From positions 11,369-75,368 of the forward strand of contig CAYPFA010000004.1 in the NCBI GenBank assembly GCA_964410025.1: a stretch of DNA of 64,000 nucleotides. Reading direction: 5' to 3'. This stretch comes from Candidatus Woesearchaeota archaeon. Lineage in GTDB: Archaea > Nanobdellota > Nanobdellia > Pacearchaeales > GW2011-AR1. The position numbers and the translations under genes are program-made. The notes below the pieces were generated by a model, which saw only the letters and a list, made by a program, of their open reading frames with translations, ran no database searches and was not told the origin of the DNA. Positions within the stretch are counted from its first letter, which is position 1; each line of letters opens with the position of its first letter. Of this stretch, positions 50,142 through 59,648 are shown piece after piece.

Positions 50142-51224
50142 TTAACTGTAATCGTCTAAGCCTAAATCATTAACCGAAGGTCCCCTTGAAGCTTGTTTGC
50201 TTTCATATTGGGATTTACCCAAGATGTAAGGTGACTTTACACCAGTCATAATTGTTATAACTCTAACTCTTCCCTGGAATTCTTTATTAATTCTTGCTCC
50301 GATAATTACCTGAGCGTCAGGAGAAAGATGTTCAGTAACAATTCTACCAATGTTGTCGAATTCTTCCAACTTCATGTCCGGTCCACAAGTTACGTGGATC
50401 AAAGCACCAGTTGCTCCTCTATAGTCGACATCTAATAATGGATGTGTTAATGCTTGTTGACAAGCAGTATCTACTCTCGAAGTAGAGTTGTCTTCACCGA
50501 TACCAATAACTGCAACGTCTCCGCCTTTCATGATTGCGGATACATCAGCATAGTCTAGGTTAATCAATGATGGCAATGTTATTGTTTCAACGATACCTTT
50601 AATCATAGTAGATACAAGTTCATTCGCAACAGCGAAAGCTTGTTCCATTGGAAGTTGTCCAGCAATATCTACAAGTCTGTTGTTATCTAAAACGATAACA
50701 GTATCTGTAACTTCTCTTAATTCTTGAAGTCCAAATTCAGCCTTGTCAATTCTTGCCTTTTCAGCCTCGAATGGCATTGTAACTACAGCAATTACTACAG
50801 CTCCTGCTTCTTTAGCAAGTTGACCGATTACGGAAGCAGCGCCAGTTCCTGTACCACCGCCCATTCCAGCTAGAACGAAAACCATATCAGAACCCTGTAC
50901 AGCTCTCTTCAAGTCGGAAATTGCTTCTTTAGCAGCTTCTCTTCCTCTTGCAGGATAACCACCACAACCAAGACCTCTTGTCAATTCCTTACCGATAAGG
51001 ATTTTCTCGTCAGCCTTTGTAATGGATAAGTGTAAAGCATCAGTATTTGTTCCGTAAACAGTTGCACCGGAAATTCCTTTATTGAATAACCAGGTAGCCA
51101 TATTACATCCACATCCACCAACACCAAAAACTTTAATATTTGCTTTACCAGCTTTAAGCTCGTCGAAATTTATACTATTTTTGTCAGCATTTTGTATTGC
51201 TTCTTTTGCAAAATCTAAAGCCAT
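50142..51224 (-). CDS. ftsZ: Cell division protein FtsZ
   Basis: 'GVGGCG.N', 'NTD', 'GMGGGTGTG', 'INLDYADV'. Confidence 0.96.
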   Translation of the reverse strand: MALDFAKEAIQNADKNSINFDELKAGKANIKVFGVGGCGCNMATWLFNKGISGATVYGTNTDALHLSITKADEKILIGKELTRGLGCGGYPARGREAAKEAISDLKRAVQGSDMVFVLAGMGGGTGTGAASVIGQLAKEAGAVVIAVVTMPFEAEKARIDKAEFGLQELREVTDTVIVLDNNRLVDIAGQLPMEQAFAVANELVSTMIKGIVETITLPSLINLDYADVSAIMKGGDVAVIGIGEDNSTSRVDTACQQALTHPLLDVDYRGATGALIHVTCGPDMKLEEFDNIGRIVTEHLSPDAQVIIGARINKEFQGRVRVITIMTGVKSPYILGKSQYESKQASRGPSVNDLGLDDYS

Positions 51225-51252
51225 TTTTTCTCTTTTTTTAAACCTCCTTTCA

Positions 51253-51354
51253 GTGAGCCTCTTTCTTTAAAAAATAAAGACCCTCGGGAGAAAGAAACAT
51301 TATCGACGAATTTTACTTCGTGCAATTCGTTTCTTCACGTGAGCCTCTTTCTTT
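51253..51354. repeat. 16-bp direct repeat flanking a 70-bp structured insert in the ftsZ leader
   Basis: GTGAGCCTCTTTCTTT at 51253-51268 and 51339-51354; internal ACGAATT/AATTCGT stem. Confidence 0.75.
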
Positions 51355-51484
51355 CGAAAAAGTTAATAATTTCATACTTCTTGTCTTTAAAAATACTTTC
51401 GTTTTGTAGAATATAGATTTTTTGAAAAAAATTTGGAGTTTTTTGGGAAAAAATTTGAGAATAAAAAATATTTTTGTATTAAAA

Positions 51485-51997
51485 TTATTCTACGCCACTA
51501 ACTTCTGCTTCTGCATCTTCTCTCGTGTAGGCTGGATGATCGTGAAGTGCTTGCTTAATAAGAGATTCTCTTAATTTATATACTGAAGGTAATGTATTAA
51601 TTATCTGATCATTTTGAGTCTGTGTAATTTCTGTTGGAATATTCGTCATTGTCGATTTTTTTATTGGGGAAATTATTTGAATCATTGTTTCTCTTTGTCC
51701 TTCTCTAAAATTTGGTGTTTCTTTCGGCTGTTGAAAATATTTTTCTGGTAAATTTTTTACTATATGCCAATATGATCCGGCTAACGCATTTATTTCTGCA
51801 TCGATGTGATTGTCATATGCACCACGAGAAATATCCTTAAATGATGTTCCGCTAAATAGCTTGTAATTCCTCTCCACAATAATATCTCCCGAACTCTCTC
51901 CTCTTCCAAAATCCCAAGAAATACATAAATCAACAGCATCGCCTTTCATTTTATCTGCTTCATGCAGTGCGCTTGTAATAAAATTTTCTAGCGTCAT
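51485..51997 (-). CDS. Hypothetical protein
   Basis: 170 aa ORF. Confidence 0.55.
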   Translation of the reverse strand: MTLENFITSALHEADKMKGDAVDLCISWDFGRGESSGDIIVERNYKLFSGTSFKDISRGAYDNHIDAEINALAGSYWHIVKNLPEKYFQQPKETPNFREGQRETMIQIISPIKKSTMTNIPTEITQTQNDQIINTLPSVYKLRESLIKQALHDHPAYTREDAEAEVSGVE

Positions 51998-52103
51998 CTT
52001 AACATACTCATGAAATGAAACTATTTAAACTTTTTGTTTTTGTTGTATCTACGCAATGATAACAAATCGAAAGATTTATAAAGGTTGTTTTTGTAAATAA
52101 ATT

Positions 52104-52430
52104 ATGGTAAATACATTAACAAAAATATTATTATCTGGATTAGTCGCTACTGCAGCAATCACAGGCGTGGAATATGCATCTACAAAACCAATTGTGCTTA
52201 AAAATGTACAATACACAGGATATAAAAATGAAACATCTGATGGTTCTCAAAATGCAGTTTTTAAAACTGAATCTGGAAAGACTTTTTTAACCGACAGAGA
52301 TCCTAAATTTGATTGCAATAAGGCATACAAACAAATGAAACTTGGTCAAAATACTGGCGTTTATAATGTAGCTGGTTATCATGGATTTTTCGCTGGAAAC
52401 GTTGCTACAAACATTTCTTTAGCAAGATAA
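52104..52430 (+). CDS. Hypothetical exported protein
   Basis: N-terminal hydrophobic helix; TTTATAAA 22 nt upstream. Confidence 0.6.
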   Translation: MVNTLTKILLSGLVATAAITGVEYASTKPIVLKNVQYTGYKNETSDGSQNAVFKTESGKTFLTDRDPKFDCNKAYKQMKLGQNTGVYNVAGYHGFFAGNVATNISLAR

Positions 52431-52472
52431 GAATAACTAAAATCTTAAAAACCCCCTTTTCTATAGTTTTTT

Positions 52473-54203
52473 ATGAAGATACTTTCATTACATTGCGATT
52501 ATATTAAGTTTAAACCGCTTAAGCCTGCAATTAAAGGACTTGAATTAGCTAAGGACGAGGAAAAGCAAGTTGAAGTTAAAGATCCGCTTGTAATTCTGAC
52601 TGCAATAGAAAAATCTGACGAAGAAAATAAAAATATTGTTTCTGATTATATTAAAAATATTTTAGACCTAAAAGAAAAGATTGGTAAGATTGAAAGAATT
52701 GTTTTGTATCCTTATGCTCATTTATCTTCTTCACTTTCTGCACCTGATTTTGCAAAACAAGTTATGATTGATGCTGAGAAAGAATTGAATGCTAAAAAGA
52801 TTGAAGTTTTTAGAGCACCTTTTGGATTTTACAAGGAATTTGAATTGAAATGCAAAGGACATCCGTTGTCTGAATTGTCTAGAAGCATTGGAAGTACTGC
52901 ACAAACTGTTGAGGTCAAAAGTAATGTTGTGAAGAAAGAAGAAGAATATGACCCTAAAAAGTTGCTTTCACAGATTTCTAAATCAAAACTTAACACTTCA
53001 AAGTTAAAGGATAATGACCATAGAATTATTGCAAAGAACTTAGATCTATTTTCATTCTCTGAAGTTGCACCAGGCATGGTGTTTTGGCATAATAATGGTT
53101 TGATTATTTATAATCAGTTATGCGAATATTGGAGAGAACAGCATAGAAAAGCAGGCTATCAAGAAATTTCAACTCCACAAATATTGGATAAAAAACTTTG
53201 GCAAATATCTGGGCATTGGGAAAAATACAAAGAAAATATTTTCTTAACAGAATATGAAGACAGAAGCTTTGCAGTTAAGCCAATGAATTGCCCGGGCGGA
53301 TTATTAGTTTATAAAAATTCTCAAAAATCATATAAAGATTTGCCGATTAGAGCTGGAGAGTTAGGAATCGTACATAGACAAGAACTTTCTGGGGTTTTGG
53401 CAGGATTATTTAGGGTTATAAAATTCACACAAGATGATGCCCATATCTTTTGTACAGAAGAAATGCTTGAAGATGAAATTGGAAAAATCATGGAATTAAT
53501 TAATATATTTTATAAAAAATTTAACCTTGAGTTTGATCACGTGGAGCTTTCTACAAGACCAGAAAAAAGAATTGGTGAAGATAAAATATGGGATTTAGCA
53601 GAAAGTACTCTTGAAAATGTTTTGAAACATAAAAAAATGAAATATAAGATTAATGCAGGAGATGGCGCATTTTATGGACCAAAAATTGATTTCCATGTCA
53701 AAGATTCACTTGGAAGAACTTGGCAAACAAGCACTATACAACTTGATTTTGCGATGCCTGAAAGATTTGAACTAGAATATATTGATAAAGATAACACAAA
53801 GAAAAGACCAGTAATGTTACATAGAGTTATTTATGGCTCCCTGGAAAGATTTATCGGAGTACTTTTAGAACATGTAAACGGCAATCTTCCAACATGGCTT
53901 TCGCCTATTCAGGTTAGAGTAATTTCTTTTACAGATAGAAACAAAGAAGCTGCACAAAAAATCGTTGATGAAATGAAAGAAGTTGGAATTAGAGTTGATG
54001 CTGATTTGGATTCAAATACTGTAAATGATAAAGTTAGAAAAGCTGCTGAAATGAAAATACCTTATTTAATTACAATTGGAGACAAGGAAGAAGAAAAAGG
54101 AACTTTGGCTGTTAAGAAACGTGGAGAAGATAAGCCTAAATTCGGTGTTGATAAAAAGAAATTTATTTCTGAGTTGTTAGAGGAAATTAGTGAAAGAAAA
54201 TAA
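52473..54203 (+). CDS. thrS: Threonyl-tRNA synthetase
   Basis: Archaeal editing domain ('LYPYAHLS', 'APFG.YK', 'CKGHPLSELSR') plus core 'KPMNCP', 'FTQDDAH', 'GAFYGPKID', 'MLHR..YGSLERF'. Confidence 0.97.
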   Translation: MKILSLHCDYIKFKPLKPAIKGLELAKDEEKQVEVKDPLVILTAIEKSDEENKNIVSDYIKNILDLKEKIGKIERIVLYPYAHLSSSLSAPDFAKQVMIDAEKELNAKKIEVFRAPFGFYKEFELKCKGHPLSELSRSIGSTAQTVEVKSNVVKKEEEYDPKKLLSQISKSKLNTSKLKDNDHRIIAKNLDLFSFSEVAPGMVFWHNNGLIIYNQLCEYWREQHRKAGYQEISTPQILDKKLWQISGHWEKYKENIFLTEYEDRSFAVKPMNCPGGLLVYKNSQKSYKDLPIRAGELGIVHRQELSGVLAGLFRVIKFTQDDAHIFCTEEMLEDEIGKIMELINIFYKKFNLEFDHVELSTRPEKRIGEDKIWDLAESTLENVLKHKKMKYKINAGDGAFYGPKIDFHVKDSLGRTWQTSTIQLDFAMPERFELEYIDKDNTKKRPVMLHRVIYGSLERFIGVLLEHVNGNLPTWLSPIQVRVISFTDRNKEAAQKIVDEMKEVGIRVDADLDSNTVNDKVRKAAEMKIPYLITIGDKEEEKGTLAVKKRGEDKPKFGVDKKKFISELLEEISERK

Positions 54204-54359
54204 TTACAAAACAAAAATTTATAAACGATGAATCTATGAATTCTGTATGGTATTTAGAATAGGCGCATATCAAGGAAGCAATTCTGCTAGCTTGGCTAAT
54301 ACCAATGCAATGTAAATATTTACATTGTTATTATTCTATAAATTTTTTGGAAAAATAAC

Positions 54360-54917
54360 ATGAAATTAATAACCCCGAGACTAATTCTGCGCGATTGGCA
54401 AGTTTCTGATAAAAAAGACTTAATTGAAAATATAAATGATATTGAGGTATCTAAGTGGCTAATTATTGTTCCGCATCCATATACTGAGAGTAGCGCTGAT
54501 TTGTGGATAAACCATTGTGGAGAACAGAAAGGAAAACAAATTTTAGAAAAAACATCGCATAGTTTTGCAATCCAACTTAAAGACGGCAGCACGATTGGTG
54601 GAATTAATATTGATTACGTAGACCATGTACAGGGAAGAGGAATGATTGGATATTGGCTTGGAATAAAATATCATAAACAAGGTTATGGCAGCGAAGCTCT
54701 TGGGAAAATTATTGATTTTGCGTTTAATGTTTTAAAATTAAGGAGATTGGAAGCGGGAGTTTTAGTTGGAAACACGTCGTCTGGAAAACTGCTAGAAAAA
54801 TTTGGATTTAAAAAAGAAGGAATAAAAAGAAAAGCTTGTATCTACAAAGCAGATGGAAAGATTAAAGATGAATACATTTATGGACTTCTTAGTGAAGAAT
54901 ATGGGGGTGAAAAATGA
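54360..54917 (+). CDS. RimJ/RimL-family GNAT acetyltransferase
   Basis: 'TPRLILR', 'IGYWLG..YHKQGYGSEA', 'N.SSGKLLEKFGFKKEG'. Confidence 0.92.
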   Translation: MKLITPRLILRDWQVSDKKDLIENINDIEVSKWLIIVPHPYTESSADLWINHCGEQKGKQILEKTSHSFAIQLKDGSTIGGINIDYVDHVQGRGMIGYWLGIKYHKQGYGSEALGKIIDFAFNVLKLRRLEAGVLVGNTSSGKLLEKFGFKKEGIKRKACIYKADGKIKDEYIYGLLSEEYGGEK

Positions 54918-55699
54918 TATCTAGAAAAATAATTGCTATCGGTGGCGGAGAAATTGGTAGACCGATAGACTCTAAAGATCCATCAAAGGGAAATTATCCT
55001 ATAGAAACAAGATTAATTGATGAAGAAATAATTAGACTAACTGGCAAGACTCACCCAAAAGCTCTTTTACTGCCCACTGCATCTGGAGACAGTCCCGGAT
55101 ATTATGAAACATTTGAAAAATATTATGGAAAAATTCTCGGCTGTCAAACAGAGGCTCTTTTGTTAAAAAGAGAAAAGCATAGTTATGAAGAAATTAAAAA
55201 AACAATTATGGATTCTGATATAATTTATGTCGGTGGCGGGAATACTTTAACGATGCTAAAACGATGGCGAAAATTAGGCGTAGATAAAATCTTAGCTGAA
55301 GCTTATGAAAAAGGTAAGGTTTTGTGTGGAGTTAGCGCTGGAAGTATTTGCTGGTTTGACTATGGTCAAAGTGATAGTTGGAGAACTAAAAAGAATCCTA
55401 ATGCGCCATTTATAAAAGTTCGTGGTTTAGGATTGATTTCTGCCCTACACGCGCCTCATTTTATGAGAGAGCCACAAAGACATTCAGATTTGAAGCAAAT
55501 AATGAAAAGGACCGCTGGCGTAGGCGTAGCACTGGAAGATTTTTGTGCGTTGGAAGTAATTGATGATCGGTATAGAATAATTAGCTCAAAGCCTGCAGCA
55601 ATGGCTTACAAGTGCTTCTGGAAAGCTGGAAAATATTATCAAGAACCGATTGCTAAATTAAAAGAATTTTCTGACTTGTCAGAGTTGGTTAAAAAATGA
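54914..55699 (+). CDS. Peptidase E (S51)
   Basis: 'IAIGGG', 'PTASGD', 'IYVGGGNT', 'GVSAGSICWF', 'PHF'. Confidence 0.92.
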   Translation: MISRKIIAIGGGEIGRPIDSKDPSKGNYPIETRLIDEEIIRLTGKTHPKALLLPTASGDSPGYYETFEKYYGKILGCQTEALLLKREKHSYEEIKKTIMDSDIIYVGGGNTLTMLKRWRKLGVDKILAEAYEKGKVLCGVSAGSICWFDYGQSDSWRTKKNPNAPFIKVRGLGLISALHAPHFMREPQRHSDLKQIMKRTAGVGVALEDFCALEVIDDRYRIISSKPAAMAYKCFWKAGKYYQEPIAKLKEFSDLSELVKK

Positions 55700-56142
55700 A
55701 AGACGAAATAAAAAATGAAAAAGTATTTAGTGCGGGGGTTTTTGTACTAGTTTTTAATAAAGATTTTTCTAAACTTTTTCTTTTAAAAAGAAACGAAGAG
55801 AAAAGAAAAAAATGGGGTTATGACTGGGGAAATCCTGGCGGAGTTTTAGAAATTGGCGAATACTCTATAGATGGAGCGATAAGAGAGACATGGGAAGAAA
55901 CCGGATTAAAGCTTGATAAAAATAAAATAAAGCTCTTAGAAATTTTAGAGAATCCTAATTGGAGTGCTAAACACCATAGCTTTCAATTTGTTTATGGAAT
56001 TGCGATTGACGAGAGCGAGAAAGCTACAATAAACGACGAGTCTGACGAGTTCGGCTGGTTTGATGTAAATAATCTTCCGGATAAAATGATTGACAAGAAA
56101 GAAGCTATTTTGAAATGGCTGGAAGTATTGAAGAATAAATAA
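55696..56142 (+). CDS. NUDIX hydrolase
   Basis: 'PGGVLEIGEYSIDGAIRETWEETGL'. Confidence 0.9.
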   Translation: MKDEIKNEKVFSAGVFVLVFNKDFSKLFLLKRNEEKRKKWGYDWGNPGGVLEIGEYSIDGAIRETWEETGLKLDKNKIKLLEILENPNWSAKHHSFQFVYGIAIDESEKATINDESDEFGWFDVNNLPDKMIDKKEAILKWLEVLKNK

Positions 56143-56179
56143 CAACTATCCTTAAAAAGCCTGATTCAATTAGATTTTT

Positions 56180-56680
56180 ATGTCAAAGTCATCGCAGTTG
56201 CTTGAAAGACTAAAGAGCAAACCAGGTTATAATAAATTTATTGATGCGAATCCCGATGCATTTCTTTATGCTATGTTCTGCATAGTTTCTGCTAATGAAA
56301 AAGAGGGTGATAAGATTCAATTTGATTTTTATATCCCAAAAGAAAAAAAGATTTCCTATTCTGAATATCCATTTGATGAAATTAAGGTTCAAAATCAAAC
56401 TACGGAATTTGTTCCGAAGCCAATAAATATTGAAAATTTTAAAATTGACGTCGAGGATTTGTGGAATGTTGTGGAAAAAATTCAAAATGAGCAAAATGAT
56501 AAATGTATTATAAATAAAATTATTGCTATTTTCAAAGAAGATTGCTTAGATTTAACTTGCATGTCTGCAAATCTTGATATTTTAAAAATGAAAGTTAATC
56601 ATCTTACGGGTGAATTTATTTCTTATAAAAAAGAAAACTTGACTAATTTTGTACAGGTTAGAAAAGGCGAGAAAAAATAA
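56180..56680 (+). CDS. Hypothetical protein
   Basis: 166 aa ORF with TATA upstream. Confidence 0.6.
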   Translation: MSKSSQLLERLKSKPGYNKFIDANPDAFLYAMFCIVSANEKEGDKIQFDFYIPKEKKISYSEYPFDEIKVQNQTTEFVPKPINIENFKIDVEDLWNVVEKIQNEQNDKCIINKIIAIFKEDCLDLTCMSANLDILKMKVNHLTGEFISYKKENLTNFVQVRKGEKK

Positions 56681-56736
56681 TTATTCTAATAATAAATATC
56701 TTATAAAAAATATTACATCTAAATTAAAAAGTTCGT

Positions 56737-58128
56737 TTATCTTCTAAAACTATTTCTATTTTCACCGGAACTACTTCTTCTGTCACCATCGTCTCTGCTT
56801 CTTGGTCTAAAGCCATCTCTTCCGCCATCTCTAGTTCTTCCTCTGAATCCGTCACCAGAGCTTTCTCCTTCTCTGCTTCTAAAACTTGATCTTGGTCTGC
56901 TACCAAAAGATGAACTTGATCTACTGAAACCACCACGACTAGCACCATCACTTCTTCCTCTAAATCCTCCACCACCTCTGCTTCCAAATCCTCCTCTGCT
57001 TTTCTGAACTGCCATTTCTGCTCTTTCAAATGTTGGTGTTTCTAATCTTTGTAATTCTGGATGTTGTCTGTTAATTCTTGAAAAGTTTTCATAATCTCTT
57101 GTTCCTAAAATTGTTACAGCTTTACCGTCTGCGCCAGCTCTTGCTGTTCTTCCGATTCTATGAACATAGGCGTCTGCCTCTATTGAGGAATCATAATTGT
57201 AAACATGAGAAACTCCTTTAATATCTAAACCTCTTGCAGCTACGTCTGTACAAACCAAAACGTGAATATTTTTATCTTGGAATCTTTCTAATGTATCGCT
57301 TCTTTTGTTTTGAGAATGTCCGCCGTGAATTGCCATAGCTTTTATTCCGTTTAATTTTAAATTGTCTGCGACGAAATCTGTATTTCTTTTTGTATTACAG
57401 AAAACCATTACTAAATCGGATGGATCGTTTTTTAATAAATAAACTAAGAGGGAAAATTTTTCTCCGTCTGGAACATCATAAAATTGTTGAACTAATTTTT
57501 TTGGGTCAACGTTTGATTCTGCTGAAACCTTTTCTGGATTTTTCATAAATTCTCTTGCTAGTCTAGAAATATCTTGATTGATTGTTGCCGAGAAAAGCAT
57601 TGTCTGCCTGTCTGGAGCACATTTAGAAATAATTCTCTTAACGTCATAAACGAAACCCATATCTAGCATTCTGTCCGCTTCGTCTAAAACCAAAGTTTTT
57701 ATTCTGTCTAATTTTAAAGTTCCTTGTTTTAAATGATCTAAAATTCTTCCTGGTGTTCCGACAACAACTTCAGAATTTGAAATTGCTCTTACTTGAGGCC
57801 CATAGGAAACTCCGCCGAAAACTGCGCAAAATCTTAAATCCTTGTGTGTTGAGAATAATTCTAAACTTTCCATAACCTGTTGAGCCAACTCTCTTGTTGG
57901 TGTTAAAATTAAAGCCTGAACCCCTTGCATTGGAACTGTGTTTTGAATAACTGCTGAGCCGAATGCTAAAGTTTTTCCAGAACCTGTCGATGCTCCGCCG
58001 ATAACGTCTTTTCCTTGTAAAACTAAAGGTATCGCTTTTTCCTGGATTTCTGTTGGTTTTTCGAACTTCATGTCCTTAAGAACCTTTAGAATATCCTCGC
58101 CTAATCCGAGTTTTCTGAAATTTTCCAT
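56737..58128 (-). CDS. DEAD-box RNA helicase with RG-rich tail
   Basis: Q motif, 'TGSGKT', PTRELA, DEAD, SAT, ARGLD, HRIGRTAR. Confidence 0.96.
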   Translation of the reverse strand: MENFRKLGLGEDILKVLKDMKFEKPTEIQEKAIPLVLQGKDVIGGASTGSGKTLAFGSAVIQNTVPMQGVQALILTPTRELAQQVMESLELFSTHKDLRFCAVFGGVSYGPQVRAISNSEVVVGTPGRILDHLKQGTLKLDRIKTLVLDEADRMLDMGFVYDVKRIISKCAPDRQTMLFSATINQDISRLAREFMKNPEKVSAESNVDPKKLVQQFYDVPDGEKFSLLVYLLKNDPSDLVMVFCNTKRNTDFVADNLKLNGIKAMAIHGGHSQNKRSDTLERFQDKNIHVLVCTDVAARGLDIKGVSHVYNYDSSIEADAYVHRIGRTARAGADGKAVTILGTRDYENFSRINRQHPELQRLETPTFERAEMAVQKSRGGFGSRGGGGFRGRSDGASRGGFSRSSSSFGSRPRSSFRSREGESSGDGFRGRTRDGGRDGFRPRSRDDGDRRSSSGENRNSFRR

Positions 58129-58206
58129 TTTTATTCAAGAAGAGTGTCTCTTTCTGATAATTTAAAGAATTTCTTTGGGTTTATAAAGCTACCTACTAGT
58201 TAGGAG

Positions 58207-58547
58207 TTAATCTATTAATTTAATTCGTATTCCTAAAAATCCATATTTTTCTATTTCTTCTTTTGGATAATTCCAGGGAGCTTCCATTAATTGCTCCTTT
58301 GTTTTAAAACGCGGTCCCATAATTAAATAGGAGTACTCTCAACAAATTTTTTTATAGTTTTATATTTGTGCAATTCTAAAACCTTAACTTTGATTTTTTC
58401 AGTACAATCTGGCCTTCTTGAAAATTCTATTATATCTCTGACTTTTATTTTTTGACGCTTATCATCATTAAGTCTTAATTCAATTAGTTTCTTCCTAGAA
58501 GCTATTTCCTCAAATGGAAGTGCGTCTAGTCACATTTCATGTATCCT
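58207..58547 (-). pseudogene. Degraded ASCH-domain gene
   Basis: (AGG)IHEM*LDALPFEEIASRKKLIELRLNDDKRQKIKVRDIIEF..., frameshifts, ...YPKEEIEKYGFLGIRIKLID*. Confidence 0.75.
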
Positions 58548-58617
58548 AAAGAGGATATTAAAAGTAGAATTAAATACCTTTCCAAACTATTTTAAACCTC
58601 TTTCTCTTCTATATTTT

Positions 58618-59307
58618 ATGGAAACTTCACAAGCACACGCGAAAGTCCCGGAGTCAGCCAAAGGCAGAAGCTCTACTGATCAGGAAAAAGTTTGGGATGA
58701 GATTGCGAAACATTGGAATGATTTTAGAGAAGTTCCTAGCCCGAGTGTTGTTGGGTTTTTGAAAGACAAGAAAGGCCGAGTATTGGATTTAGGCTGTGGA
58801 AGCGGAAGAAATTTTAGTGCGATGGGTAAAGACGTGAAATTATATGCTGTTGATTTTTCTAAAGAGATGCTAGACTATTCTGCTAAGAAAGCTGTTAAGA
58901 TGAAGCTATCTGCCGTTTTTGAAAAAGCCGAAACTGACAAGTTGCCGTTTGAAGATGATTTTTTTGATGCAACTATTTGCGCTGCTGTTTTACACTGTAT
59001 TGAAACAAAAAAGAAAAGACAAAAAACAATTAAGGAAATTTATAGAACTTTAAAGCCTGGTTGCGAGGCATTTATTTCTGTCTGGGGAAGGAATTCTCCT
59101 AGATTGAAGAATAAGCCGAAAGAATGCTATGTTAGCTGGACAGTAAAAAACGACAAGGAGTTTAGAAAAGGCGAACAAGAAATTAAGCAAGAAAGATATA
59201 CTTATATTTATGATTTGGAAGAATTAAAGAAGGAAGTTGAAGATGCTGGATTTAAAATTGAGAAGATTTGGGAAGAGAGAAATGTGAATGTGATTGTACG
59301 GAAATAA
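58618..59307 (+). CDS. Class I SAM-dependent methyltransferase
   Basis: 'VLDLGCGSGRN', 'LPFEDDFFD', 'AVLHCI', 'YRTLKPG'. Confidence 0.92.
   Translation: METSQAHAKVPESAKGRSSTDQEKVWDEIAKHWNDFREVPSPSVVGFLKDKKGRVLDLGCGSGRNFSAMGKDVKLYAVDFSKEMLDYSAKKAVKMKLSAVFEKAETDKLPFEDDFFDATICAAVLHCIETKKKRQKTIKEIYRTLKPGCEAFISVWGRNSPRLKNKPKECYVSWTVKNDKEFRKGEQEIKQERYTYIYDLEELKKEVEDAGFKIEKIWEERNVNVIVRK
58625..58687 (+). repeat. Repeat family B copy, in-frame at methyltransferase N-terminus
   Basis: 58645-58673 is 25/29 identical to 60124-60152; GCACACGCG shared with gltX insert. Confidence 0.65.
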
Positions 59308-59345
59308 ACCTATAACCTTAAAAACAAAACTTAATTCTATCAGTT

Positions 59346-59648
59346 ATGTTAGTTAAACTTCATAAGGGCGCTCGACATGTTTTGGCTGTTTGCGATACAG
59401 AGTTATTTGGAAAGAAGTATTTTGATGACGATGGGATTAGGCAAATTGATCTGACTGGGAGTTTTTTTAAAGGTGAAGAAAAAGATGAAAAAGAAATTGG
59501 AGAAATAATGGCTGATTTTAAAAGAGAAGACGCTTCGTTTAATATTGTTGGAGAAAAATCTTGCACTATTGCATTAAAAAAAGGAATTATTGCAAAAGAA
59601 GGAATTTTAAAAATTGCTGGAATTCCAATTGCACTAAGTTTGTTGTGA
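59346..59648 (+). CDS. DUF424 family protein
   Basis: 'VLAVCDTELFGK', 'FFKGE', 'NIVGEKS', 'IAGIP'. Confidence 0.85.
   Translation: MLVKLHKGARHVLAVCDTELFGKKYFDDDGIRQIDLTGSFFKGEEKDEKEIGEIMADFKREDASFNIVGEKSCTIALKKGIIAKEGILKIAGIPIALSLL

Noticed and set aside
54247-54315. 22-codon ORF after a TATA box (MVFRIGAYQGSNSASLANTNAM)
   Set aside because: Too short to support; could be a gene remnant.
56724-57029. 101-aa ORF overlapping the DEAD-box helicase tail
   Set aside because: Alternative frame of the low-complexity RG/RS-rich tail.
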